From Octopus vulgaris (Eukaryota): a stretch of DNA of 64,000 nucleotides. Below the pieces are notes generated by a model that saw only the letters and a program-made list of their open reading frames with translations, had not been told where the DNA came from and made no database searches. The translations under genes and the position numbers were made by a program. Position 1 is the first letter of the stretch. Every line of letters starts with the position of its first letter. The stretch lies in contig OX597828.1 of assembly GCA_951406725.2 (NCBI GenBank), positions 15,128,001 to 15,192,000 of the forward strand. The letters are read 5' to 3'. Of this stretch, positions 12,080 through 24,700 are shown one piece after another.

Positions 12080-12335
12080 TTCCCTAATTTTTCAGTTTTG
12101 ACTTCATCAAATTGTTCTCTTCTTTTTTCCAGATATCTATCTGCTTTATTTCGTTTTTGGATCTGGTTTGCAAGATTCTTTATATGAGTTGTATGTTGAA
12201 GCATATTCTGTTGTGTCTGGGGAGAGTCATTTTCTTTTTGTACCTTATAATGTAACACACTCACCGGTAAAATTTCTTATTTTTATTTTCCTAAAATTTT
12301 CGTTGCGTCTTGCAACCTTTTCAATAGTCTTGACT
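12080..12335. mobile_element. Penelope-like terminal repeat fragment
   Basis: Shares catattctgttgtgtctggggagag...cactcaccggtaaaatttc with ~62015-62120; there the adjacent segment is inverted (62120-62160). Ends in a hammerhead-like motif. The Penelope assignment is inferred. Confidence 0.5.
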
Positions 12336-12437
12336 TAAAACATCTAGAATTATGATTCTCTTTCATTAAAAAACATTTTAATGTTTTAAAATTTCGAATA
12401 TCAAAAAGTTATTCCTTCTTTTGTTTGTACATATACA

Positions 12438-12590
12438 CAGGTGTGGCTGTGTAATAAGAAGTTTGCTTCTCAACCAAATGGTCCTGGGTTCAGTCTAAGT
12501 GCGAGGTACTTTGGACAAGTAACTTCTACAATAGACCCAGCCAAAGCCTTGTGAGTTGATTTGTTTGGTGGAAACTGAAAAAATCCAATC

Positions 12591-12641
<51 letters not shown>

Positions 12642-13376
12642 GATAAATAAATAAATAGATAGATATATGTGCGTGCTTTTGTCCCTCATCACAAGGACTG
12701 GATTTAAACCATGGGGGACCAGAACACTTCGAATTCGGTGGACCTCCTTATGCACAAGAATTAAAATTTTGAAAATTAGCAAATTTATATCTCAAAACTC
12801 ATCTATTGCATGTAATTGTATTTGACGAGGTGGCAGAGAAAGCTTAAATAAACGACTGAAAATACACTTTTCGAAATTCAAATTTTTTCATCATATATTC
12901 ACTTCCAGTGTTTGATTTTACTCCATTGTGAAAAGGAGGGAAGATTGTTTTTTCTTTAACACGAGTTACAAATGTTTCAGAATGAAGAATACGATAAAAT
13001 GACAGAAAATTACGGAAAAGAAAATATCACTTTAGTGGTTGTTGTTGTTCAAAAGGCAAGATGAGTGTGTTAGTGGGAGGGAAGAGACAAACATTGACAA
13101 GACATGGATTTTTTAAAAACTCCTCCAGTGTTGAGTGCTACATAGCCTCCGTAGCAGGAGGGCCCTATATCTGTGGATGCCCGGGGAAATTGCCCTCTTT
13201 GGCCTCTATCCGGCCCTGTCCACCACCACTAGACAACCGTTATTGGTTTAGTTACGTTCCCAGCAAAAATTGACCAGACTAAAAAATACTGAGATCGATT
13301 TGCTTGACTAAATCTTTCAATGTGGTGCCCCAGCATGAGCGCAGACTTATGATTGAAACGAGTAAAAGATAAAAGA
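12438..13376 (+). mobile_element. Family A SINE interrupted by a hAT-like MITE (~12692-13218)
   Basis: SINE head at 12438 and tail ...gtaaaagataaaaga at 13376; insert bounded by degenerate CAGGGCCGGAT-type inverted ends (caaggactggat / atccggccctg); TSD unclear. Confidence 0.6.
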
Positions 13377-13838
13377 TCTGCCCAATCTATTGGACTGCTT
13401 ACATATCATTTTGAAAAATAAACATGAACATTCTATTTCAGGCGATACCTCTTGAAACAATAATACAAAGCATTTATTTTTAATAAAACTAATTTCATAT
13501 TGAATGAATTGAAATAAATCAACATAAAAATAAGAGTGAAACTGAATACTTGGTTTTCTGCCAAATCTTGATTGATTCGTAAAATCGTTTCAATGCAGAC
13601 TTATTTCTTTTATTTTTATAATCCAGAAATTGACAGAAAATCGTAACATGGGTACTAAATATTTAAATCCAATAAACGAATGACAGAAATACATCGCAGC
13701 CATGGTATAATTTGGGAACGAGGGAGATCAGAGGTTTAACCGCCAATATATAATCTATTTATTTCAGAATCGTATTCTGCGATATATAAAACATACATGT
13801 CCGAAAATTTACGGTTTAGTGGCAGGGGAACACTAGAT

Positions 13839-15047
13839 GGATTTTTTCGGTTTGAACGGCAGTTGGCGATCTTTCGTCTCTGGTAGACCTCACCGTCGAT
13901 TTCCGTAAAAAAATTTTTTTTTTTTTTTACATATGGGCTTGCGGGAACTTTTGAAGTAATGAGAGCGAAAGAGACTAAGAGAAAGCGATTGCATGACGAG
14001 GGAAGTTCTTTTGAAGTTACCGTGCATGGGAGCATTGATGTATATGTGTGTGTTTGATGGGGTGTGGGAGACAGACAGTATGTTGTGTAAGTAAAGTGCT
14101 TCTGTTAGTGTGTGTGAAGAGACAGAGTAATGTGTGAAAGAAAGAGATAACTGAAAATGTTTACTCGGTGTATGTGTATATGTATGTATATTACTTCAAA
14201 AGTTCCTGCAAGCCCATATGTAAAAAAAAAAAAGTTTTTACGGAAATCGACGGAAAGGTCTACTATAGACGAAAGATCGCCCGGCAGTTTTTTAAAATAA
14301 TTTCTTTGTAACTAAACACTTTTAAACTTCGTATACTGGTAGAATGTGTTTATAAAACATCTTTTTCTCTTGGCTTTCTTGAGAAAATTCTGTAGTTTGT
14401 AAGATATTTGTAAGATATTTTCTTCAATTTTGGTAATTTCAACCAATCAATGATGTCTATTGAGGGGAAAACATTATCTGCCGTAAAATTTTCTGGCGGT
14501 GAAATATGAAAATGTCCCTCGTTTAAGAAACAGATTGGGTTTATTTACATTTCTGAAGAAAACAAGATACCCTTCCCCCCACCCCTAGCCCTAACCTAAA
14601 CCCTAACCTTAACCTTAACCCTAACCCTAACCCCTAACCCTAACCCTAAAACAGATTGAAATCCAATAGATCGATACTAGGGTCATGATTATGGGTGGAC
14701 ACTAAAGAGGGAACGGTTTTGTTATCCAGCTCTGTTTACGAGTGACCCTTCAGTTTATGGCCACAGGGTATCTTTTTTCCTCATAAAAAACAGGGACATT
14801 TTCAGATGATGCTGCCATAAAATGTTACGACAGAAATCGTTTTCACCTCTATAGACGTCATTGATTGGTTGAAATTGCCAAAATGCAAGAAATTAAACAA
14901 CAAATATCTTTCAAACTATAGAATTTTCTCAAGAAAACCAAAAGAAAAAGATGTTTTATAAACACATTCTACCAGTATACGAATTTTAAAATTTTTTAGT
15001 TACATAGAAATTATTTTAAAAAACTGCCGTTCAAACCGAAAAGATCC
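13839..15047. mobile_element. Foldback MITE (GGATC ends, long TIRs, 8-bp TSD) with a (CCCTAA)n core
   Basis: TSD cactagat at 13831-13838 and 15048-15055; ends GGATTTTTTCGGTTTGAACGGCAG / CTGCCGTTCAAACCGAAAAGATCC; inverted arms over 200 bp; telomere-like tract at 14581-14648. Confidence 0.92.
13865..14281. mobile_element. Nested MITE with ~95-bp TIRs inside the left TIR of the element above
   Basis: TSD cggcagtt at 13857-13864 and 14282-14289; ends GGCGATCTTTCGTCT / AGACGAAAGATCGCC. Confidence 0.92.
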
Positions 15048-15467
15048 CACTAGATAATTTCCAACTATGTTCTATAGGAATGCAACAAACTGTTTTGTCA
15101 AAAAGACAAAACGTCTTTCACAACTGAATGTTTCAGTGAGAGGTGGGATGTTTCATTTTGATTTGAACATCACTAAAGTTGACGGAATTTGATTTTACAA
15201 TTCCTTTTTTAATTTTTGACACAAGACCAGCAATTTTGAGAGGTGGGTGAAATCGATTACATCATCCCCAGTGCTTAACTGGTACTTTATTTTATCGACC
15301 CCAAAAGGACGAAAAGCGAAGTTGACCATGGCGGAATTTGAAGTTAAAATGTACAGAGCCGGAAGAAATGCTGTTAAGCATTTTGTCCGGTGATAACAAG
15401 TGGTTTGATTTTACAATTATCATTTTGTTACTTTAGGTTTGTATCACTTTTGGGTCACTTCAAACGA

Positions 15468-16365
15468 GGATCTTTTCACCTTGACCAGCAGATTTTAAAA
15501 ATAATTTCTTTGTAACTAAACACTTTTAAACTTCGTATACTGGTAGTGTGTTACATAAAACATCTTTTTCTCTTGGCTTTCTTGAGAAAATTCTGTAGTT
15601 TGTAAGCTATTTGTTGTTTAATTTCTTGCATTTCGGCAATTTCAACCAATCATTGACGTCTATTGAGGTGAATACAATTTCTGCTGTAGCATTTTCTGGC
15701 AGTGTCATATCAATGTGTCACTATAATGTATGACATATTTCATCTCAGTTACATTCGTATGAATAAAAGGTTATCGTTATTAAACTTTTATTAATAAACA
15801 CATATTCTAAGTTCACAACATATGCAGTTTTAATTTCCCTCTCTGTTGCACAGATACACACATTACATATTATATATTCGTTTAAGAAACAGATTAGGTT
15901 TATTTACATTTCTGAAGAAAAAAAGATACCCTTCCCCCACCCCTAACCCTAACCCTAAAACAAATTGAAATGCAATAGATCGATACTAGGGTCATAATTA
16001 TGAGTGGACATTAAAGAGGGAACGGTTTTGTTATCCAGCTCTGATTACAAGTGACCCTTCAGTTTATGGCCACAGGGTATCTTTTTTCTCATAAATAACA
16101 GTGACACATTGATATGACACCGCCAGAAAATGTTACGGCAGAAATTGTATTCACCTCAATAGACATCATTGATTGGTTGAAATTGCCGAAATGCAAGAAA
16201 TTAAACAACAAATACCTTACAAACTACAGAATTTTCTCAAGAAAGCCAAGAGAAAAAGATGTTTTATCTAACACACAGTTTTATGTAACATAGTCTACAA
16301 GGTTTAAAAGTGTTTAGTTACAAAGAAATTATTTTAAAAATCTGCCGGTCAAAGTGAAAAGATCC
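15468..16365. mobile_element. Foldback MITE of the same family, with a CCCTAA core
   Basis: TSD tcaaacga at 15460-15467 and 16366-16373; ~250-bp inverted arms starting GGATCTTTTCAC; (CCCTAA)3 at ~15940-15957. Confidence 0.92.
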
Positions 16366-16820
16366 TCAAACGAAAATACATTTTCTCGTTTTTAATTTTT
16401 GTCCCTGTTGAATTTCCAGCAAACTACGATCTTTGACAGCTTCTAAGGTTCCGCTTTCTCAATAATATGAAAGTAAAATGATGAATTTTCATTTGTACTC
16501 AATTCTAACTCGACAATGGAATATAAGTGAGAGAATGATTTACTTTAAAACTGAAAGTTTATTTCGAAATTGTTTATATGTAGAAGAAATGGCTGAGCTT
16601 GTTACACTGCAACAAGCACCCATGAGAATTATGGTCATCATCAACAGCGACGTATTTGACTGAAAGGAATTATGCTGTATGGGATATTAGTATTAACACA
16701 ATGAACTTTAAAAGTACAAGAATTTTTCTTGCTTATTCTGGGACCTTTAGTAATGTTAGGCTTCAGTTAAATGGCTCCCACAATAATTATCTTGTCTAAT
16801 TGTTATATTCTGTGACGCAT

Positions 16821-17627
16821 AGGTGCAGGAGTGGCTGTGTGGTAAGTAGCTTGCTTACCAACCACATGGTTCCGGGTTCAGTCCCACTGCGTGGCACCTT
16901 GGGTAAGTGTCTTCTGCTATAGCCTCGGGCCGACCAAAGCCTTGTGAGTGGATTTGGTAGACGGAAACTGAAAGAAGCCCGTCGTATATATGTATATATA
17001 TATACTAGCAGTATCGCCCAGCGTTGCTCGGGTTTGTAAGGGAAATAACTATATAAACATTTTTAGAGATGTAAAGTATAATAGCCATCTCAATATGGTT
17101 AACCACAAAGTGGGGTGTTACTGTAGCTTTTTACGTTTTGAGATTTAATAATACATTTTTAGAGAGTTACTTCCCTTATATATGCCAAAAATGCATTAAA
17201 AATGGGAAAAAATGATGGTAAATTTTTTTTAAAATTGTAGACTCATCGTAAACGCGCACTAATACCCAGAAGAGCTTGATATGAATCACGACTATAAGAT
17301 ACCCGCTTTTGGTTAAACTGCACCGCAAAATGTGGGAGTAGTTAGGAATCTAAATCGTAGGAAACAGACACCACACAACCTCACTTTTATATATATAGAT
17401 ATGTGTATGTGTGTGTTTGTGTGTTTGTGTTCGTCCCCTCAACATCGCTTGACAACCAATGCTGGTGTGTTTACATCCCCGTAACTTAGCGGTTCGGCAA
17501 AAAGAGACCGATAAAATAAGTACTAGGCTTACAAAGAATAAGTCCTGGGGTTGATTTGATCGACTAAAGGCGGTGCTCCAGCATGGCCACAGTCAAATGA
17601 CTGAAATAAGTAAAAGAGTAAAAGAGT
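16821..17627 (+). mobile_element. tRNA-derived CORE-like SINE, family A, with a nested Helitron
   Basis: Head ggtgcaggagtggctgtgtggtaag...ggttcagtccc; CORE-like accttgggtaagtg; internal (TA)/(TG) tract; tail gtaaaagagtaaaagagta. Confidence 0.9.
17005..17399 (-). mobile_element. Non-autonomous Helitron
   Basis: On the minus strand: A|TCTATATATATAAAAG 5' end; subterminal hairpin CCCGAGCAACGCTGGG; 3' end CTAG|T; no TSD; inserted in the SINE (TA)n tract. Confidence 0.85.
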
Positions 17628-17850
17628 ATCATTTTCCCACAAAATTTGAATTTTACAATTACATCAGTTTTGTATCACTTCTATTTCATTTCAAAGAAAA
17701 TTCTTCCCCTTTGGTTTCAGTGCTGAATTGCCGGAAAATTACGATCTCTACCGACTTTAATGGTTTCACTTTCTGGACCATAAAGCAAAGCATCGCCTTT
17801 ACTTTTTCGTTTTTGGTGAGAGATGTAAAGTTTATATTAATAACAATGAA

Positions 17851-18265
17851 GGATCTTTTCGGTTTGAACGGCAGTTTTTTCTAGCGGTGTCATGTGAAAT
17901 TGTCACCCATAATTATGACCCTAGTATCAATCTATTGCATTTCAATCTGTTTTATGGTTAGGGTTAGGGGTGGGGGGAAGGGTATCTCTTTTCTTCACAA
18001 ATGTAAATAAACCCAATCTGTTTCTTAAACGGGGGACATATTCATACGGCACAGAATGTTATTCACCTCAATAGACATCATTGATTGGTTGAAATTGAAG
18101 AAATTGAAGAAAAAACAACAAATATCTTACAAACTATAGAATTTTCTCAATAAAGCCAAGAGAAAAAGATGTTTTATAAACTCATTCTACCAGTATACGA
18201 AGTTTAAAAGTGTTTAGTTACGTGGAAATTATTTTAAAAAACTGCCGTTCAAACCGAAAAGATCC
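17851..18265. mobile_element. Short member (415 bp) of the GGATC foldback MITE family
   Basis: TSD acaatgaa / acagtgaa at 17843-17850 and 18266-18273; 30-bp perfect TIR; TTAGGG core reversed relative to the 13.8 and 15.5 kb copies. Confidence 0.9.
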
Positions 18266-18514
18266 ACAGTGAATAATTGTCTAAAATATCTTTTAGTGAC
18301 ATATAGTTTTCAGTGACATCCTCTCAAGATTTTGTTTTACCTTTGTCACGGCCAGGAAAAAGGAATCTAAATTTTGTTATGATCCTCAATGTTCCTGTAT
18401 ACTCTTTACTCTTTTACTTGTTTCAGTCATTTGATTGTGGCCATGCTGAAGCACCGCCTTTAGTCGAGCAAATCGACCCCAGGACTTATTCTTTGTAAGT
18501 CTAGTACTTATTCC

Positions 18515-18906
18515 GTGCTAGTGGAGCACTAAGAGCACCATCCGGGCATGATCGTTACCAGAGTGGCTAACTGGCGCTCATGCCAGTGGTACATAAAAAG
18601 CACCATTCGAGCGTAACCGTTACAAGTGTCGCCTTACAGGCACTTGTGCCGGTGTGCAGGTAGCACGTAAAAAAACAAAATGTTTTCGTGGCCGTTGCCA
18701 GTACCGCCTGACTGGCCCTCGTGCCTGTGGCACGTAAAAGCACCCACTACACTGTCAGAGTGGTTTGCGTTAGGAAGGGCATCCAGCTGTAGAAAATCTG
18801 CCCGATCAAGATTGGAGCCTGGTGCAGCCATCTGGTTCGCCAGACCTCAGTCAAATTGTCGAACCCATGCTAGCATGGAAAGCGGACATTAAACGATGAT
18901 GATGAT
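18515..18906 (+). mobile_element. RTE-type 3'-tail retroelement with internal tandem units
   Basis: Repeated gtggcacrtaaaaagcacc units, then aggaagggcatccagctgtagaaa...catgctagcatgg...ttaaac(gat)n. Same tail as the RTE at 7.5-7.7 kb; further copies at 22.4(-), 26.6, 32.9, 34.0, 37.1, 41.5(-), 43.96(-), 49.7, 53.1(-), 53.8 and 55.5(-) kb. Confidence 0.8.
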
Positions 18907-21459
18907 ATATATAAATATATACATAAATATATATATATATATATATTATATTAAATTCGAGATAAAACCACTATTAGGCAAATCAAACAATGAAAAACAT
19001 AAGCCAATACATAAAATTAATTAATTTATATTATTTAAAATATATATCAAAAGTATTAAAATTTAATAAAAGATAAAGATACATATGGCAGATGTGTTGC
19101 ACATGTATGTTAAACAATGATTTCTGGTACAAAACAGAAGGTGCACACAGGATTGCACAAATGTCTCCAAAAATTCTAATGTATGTTCCACATTAGTCAG
19201 AATTTCTGTTTTCTGTTGGGTTTTTTTTTTTTTTCAGGATTTTCCCAAATTTCTTAGAATGCCACATTTCAAAGCAATAAGAGGAAGCTTAATTTTTTTT
19301 TTCATGTGTTTTACCATCCCAACCACCCTCATCATGATTTGGGAGCAACAGCTACCACTAAAATATTTTTTTCTTTTCTTTTTTTCTTTTGTGTTATTTC
19401 TTGTTATTTTATTATATTCCACATTCTGAAACACTTGTTATTTGCATTTAATGAAAGAAAAACTACCCCTTCTCCCTCCCCCCCCCCACACCCCACCTTC
19501 TTCCTTCATTGTACCTTTCAAAATTAAAATTGATTTTTGGTTTCTTTTTTTCAATATTTTCTGTCTGCTTCTTTCTGCACACTTTTGCCAATCTGTAAAA
19601 TCTTTTTTTTTCCTTTTTGAATGCATCACATAAAGTAAAGAAACCATATTTATCACGTGTTAATTATTTTTTAACTCCAGAATTACATTTTTTTCACACT
19701 TTTGCCAGTCTGTAAAATAAAATTTTTTTTACACGACAAACATTAAATGAATTAAGAGCAAAACAAGAATTTATTGACAGTTATCTGAATTCAGTGTTTG
19801 CATTGATAGCAAACTTGAATGACTTTTTTCCATTAAGATGTTTCAACACACAGACAAGAAAATTATGACCCCATTTCCCCAAGAAAAAAATATTCACTTA
19901 GAAAATGTCCAGACAGAAAGAAAAAGAAATTGACATAATTCTCATCACACTAAATTTTACGTAGATTTTTTTTTCGTTTCCCAATTGAGACAAAATTGTG
20001 GCTTGGTCATGCTTCACTTCAAGATGCCAGTGATCAGCTACTGTCCTTCTTTTCAAGGTATCAATATTTCTTGACAAGTAAGGTAGGGAGCTGGCAGAAT
20101 AGTTAGCAAAGTGCTTAGCTGCATTTTATCTGTCTTTACATTCTGAGTTCACATACCACCAGGGTCAACACTGTCTTTCATCCTTTTGTTGTGGTTGACA
20201 AAATAAGTAGCAGTTGAGCAGTGGGGTTGGTGTAATCGACTTGTCCTCTTCTCTGAAACTGCAGGCCTTGTGTCAATATTTCTTGATAAGAGTCTCTTCC
20301 AATGTGTTTCAGTAGTGGATAACCTGTTCTCTCAGAGAGTGCTAATGCAAAATATTTTATCAAAGACTTTCCATGTGTGGAAAACAAAATTGGAATTCTG
20401 AAAGAATCCTATATATAAATGGCAATTTCTGTCTGTCTGTTATCATCTTGCTGCCTATACCAGCAAACTAATCTTCACAAAACTTTGCATACATGTTAAA
20501 CTGGCTAATTGGATTTCAATAAAAATCAATAATGCCCCCCACCCACCTACAGGGGTTGGGCTATTATATGATAAAATGATAAGGGTACAGAGAGTGTTTG
20601 GTTGAGGGAAATATGGTGGCATAATGAAGGTGGAAGTGGAGGAGACAGGGACAGATCAGGAGAGAGAATGAGTTTACTGAAGGGAACAGTGAATTTTAAT
20701 ACTTTGTTCTTTAATTTTTACCTATCCCTCTGAATTCTAAAGGGTTAAACTGAGTTAATTACTGTTTTATAATATATTTTATAGACATAAATTGCATCTT
20801 GGAATTTTTGTAGACATTCAGGAATTCTCACTGCACAACACTTTGGGCAAGTATCTTCTACTATATCCCCAGGCCAACCAAAGCCTTGTGAGTGGATTTA
20901 ATAGACTGAAACTGAAAGAAACCCATCTTGTGTGTGTGTGTGTATGTATGTGTGTCTCACCGTTTGATGACTGGTGTTCATTTGTTTACATCCCTTTAAC
21001 TTAGCAGTGTCGCAAAAAGAGACTCTACCATAAGTGCCAGGCTTAAGACAAAATAAGTGCTGGAGACGAATTGTCTGACTAAACCATTTGAGGTGTAAAA
21101 CAAATAAAAGATAAAAGAAAAGACAAAAACAAGAATTCATGAACACACTGACCTGATTTCAGTATTTACATCGACATAATTCCCATCAAATTGAATTTTG
21201 CACAGACTTTTTTTGTCTCCTACACAAGACAAATTAGAAATATACTAAGTTAGAAAAAGTGTTGCTATGATAGAGGGGAAAACAAGTGATATTTTTGGTC
21301 TCATTATACTTTTCTTCAATTAAAAATATTTTATCCATTTTAAACAAATGAAATTATCATTTTATATATGATTAGCTGAATTACTCTGTCAAATGTAAAT
21401 CATATTCATTCATATTGATGTGAATTAATCATGCATTATCTTATAGCTTTGAGATTTCA

Positions 21460-21730
21460 CATGCTAAGAGTTGCTGAAGTATGGAACAAACTGCCAGCAT
21501 CAGTTGTTAGTTGTCAGAGCACTGCATCCTTCAAAACTTCCATGCTTCCTGAGATTCGCCAACACTACATCTTATTTTCTCCCCTCCATACACATGCAAG
21601 CATGTATCTGACTCATTCACTGTTCACTTTCCAGACATTTGTACATTACTGCATATGCTTTATACGCGCTTTTGACAAGTTGTGGTGCACCTGAGCACTG
21701 TATAACAATAATTTCATTATTATTATTATA
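21460..21730 (+). mobile_element. CR1-type LINE 3' end inserted in a piggyBac-like MITE (~21375-21850)
   Basis: RVAEVWNKLPASVV..STASFK (CR1 C-terminal WNxLP motif) plus an (ATT)n tail; the flanks match the MITE at 29.7 and 35.5 kb. Confidence 0.75.
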
Positions 21731-24700
21731 TGTCATTGTTAATTTTTCAATGACATTGTATGGTAGGTGTGAGAGGCCAGATCTAGTCAGTTTGAACATA
21801 AAACAGAAAACTTTGGGCCAGATATTGCCAGTTTAAATACTAAAGGGTTAGTTGATCTTAGTGGTCACTTGTATAAAATAATCATTTATTTGCAAATTGT
21901 GTGAATGTAGCATATTGTTTCCATGTGGTCCATTTTATTTTATATCAGAGGTTGTTGTTTCCCGTAAGATGTAATCTTTTTGATGCTAACTTACTCAAGA
22001 TTACCCCTGGTTCTCTCATACATATTCCCTGTTTTAAAATGATCGAATTAAAAATTTTCCTGTTTTAAAATGATCTAATTAAAAATTCCTGTTTTAAAAT
22101 GATCTAATTAAAAATTTTTAAATAATCTAATTAAAAATTTTCTCATGCTAATTTATGTTCCAAACATCTGTTTAATAATTCTTTCTACTATAGGCACAAG
22201 GCATGAAATTTTGTGGGAGGGGCCTGCTTGATTCATCAACCTCAGAACACAACTGGTATTTATTGCATCAAAGCATGAAAGTACGAAAGGCAAAGTTGAG
22301 CTCAGCAGAATTTGAACTCAGAACACAATGATGGATGAAATGCCACTAAACATTCTGTCTGACGTGCTAACAATTCTGCCAGCTCACTGCTTTAAACATC
22401 ATCATCATCATTTAACGTCTATTTTCCATGCTGGCATGGGTTGGACAGTTTGACAGGAGCTTCCCAAGTTCCACATCTGTTTTAGCATGGTTTCTACGAC
22501 TGGATGTCCTTCCAAAGACCAACCATTTTACAGAGTGAACTGGGCACTTTTACACAGCACCAGCAAGGGTGTGTTTATATGGCAGTGGTACTGGTGCTTT
22601 TTATGTGGCACCAGCACCTATGAAACTGTAAGGTTAGGGATGCAGGGGACAGCCTGTATGCAAGGATAACCACGCTTTTACTTGACGTCTGTTTAATAAT
22701 ACTTTCTATAGGCACAAGGCTTGAAAATTTGAGGGTGGGTGTGAGTTGATTATATCAATCCCAGTGTTCATCTGATAGTTATTTCATCAACCCTGAAAGG
22801 ATGAAAGAGAAATTCATCCTCGGCAGCATTGAACAATTACATTCCCCCTACCTCACATCATGGATGTTTCTCGCTCCCTCTTTCTGTCCCACTCTTTGCC
22901 TTATCCTCTTTTCCCCTCTCCTTTTTCTTTCTCCTCTCTTTCTCTTCAACTAGTCATGTGAAAGCATTACAATTACATTCCCTCTATCATGTCATGGACG
23001 CTTCTCTCTCCCTCTTTTTCTCTCTCCCTCTTTTTTCTCTCTCCCTCTTTCTCTCTAATCACATGAAAGCATTACCGAAAGGCTAAGTAACGGAATGACA
23101 AGCAGAACTATTATAAGATATTCTTCATTATTTTTTAAACTCGATTGAAACAAAGAGGTGTTTCAAGAAAAATATAGTGACAGATGTAATGCTTGTCTTG
23201 TGACATTAATCCTAAGTCAGTTTAAGTACATATTGATGATGTAATATTCATACTTTTATTATGACCAATTAACATTTTTCCCCGTCTCTTCATTTTTTTT
23301 TTTGAAGTAGTGACTTAAGTCAGAAAGTAGCCAAAAATAAAACGAAAAGGTCAAAGTCGCAATTAGTGAGAATAAATAAATTTGCCATTACAAAGAGAGA
23401 CAGTTTAATGTTTCAGGCAAAAAAAACCTTCCTAAAATACTTTGTGGTTCCATCTTTCATCTATCAACAAATCTTTCATCATATCTCTCATTTTAAGCAA
23501 GCTTTTCCTTTTAAGGTACAACTATAACTTGGAAACAAGTTGAATCACTTCATATGTATTCTATCCGTAATAAACAAGATAGTACATCAATAGTAGTGAA
23601 GGCATGTGGTTAGGGGGTTAGGTTCAGTCATTGTTAGGTCTTGGGTTCAATTCTTAAACTGGAGAGCAAAGTGCTTCTTTTTACATTTGGTCCATCACAA
23701 GTGAGCTGCAAGATGCAGGAGGAAAGAGTGAGAGAAAGTCGTGGCAAAAGAGTCAGCAGAAGTTTACCATTACCTTCTGCCGGAGCTACATGGAGCTTAA
23801 GTGTTTCACTCATAAACACACACATCACCCAGTCTGAGATTCAAACCCATGATCCCTTGACTGCGAGTCCACTGCTCTAACCACTATGCCATGTGCCTCC
23901 ACTATTTTACTATATTCTTCCTTATTTTTGAACTCAATTGAAACCTTAGCCACAATCACAATAACAACAAGAACTATAACACCATCATATACTAACCTAT
24001 ACTTAGTTTTCACTTATAGTATGGTGGTGCTATGGTAAATAGTCACTCATATCAAACTAGTACGTGGCACTAAATTATTCTGGCCTGGTACTACATGTAT
24101 CTATATTAAAATGGGAAGAGAGAGTGTTGGATCATAGTAAAGGTGAGGCTGAAAAAGAGTAAAGGAAAAGGGGCTATAGTTAAAAAAGTTTGTGGGGCAC
24201 GGCACTAAACATTTGATAACACAAAAACTGAACCGTTATCCATTTCCAGATGGTCATTGATTAATTGTCTATGAACATGAGAACTTCTTGTAAACCTCTA
24301 TATATTGTAGGATTATCAGTGGAAGCTTTTACTTCTTAATATAGTGTTGTTATACATTATTATTATTATTATTTTTATTAACTTGATGGATACATGGAGA
24401 AAGTGAAATAAATTTCCTCAACTGAAATTTTGAAACTGTATCACAGAGTTGGCTCGCATGGTATTTAATATGACTACAGTGCTTGTTCTTTGATCTAACA
24501 CTTTCATCATCGGTAAAAACATTCTTGGTTTATGTTTCTCTCATTCAACTCATCCACCATTGATGTTACTACTAGTTACTCAACAGATCTTGCATAAGAT
24601 ATCAAACAAGTGAAGGTAATGGCTGTGTTAACAAGATCACTTAGGACATAAAGTATGTAAAAATTTTTTGAAGTTATGGACTATATGAGAAAACAGCTAA

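Noticed and set aside
14581-14648. Chromosome end or telomere fusion site
   Set aside because: The tract is short, degenerate and internal to a TSD-bounded MITE.
20406-20570. Second Helitron
   Set aside because: A Helitron-like 5' start only; no 3' hairpin or CTAG end found.
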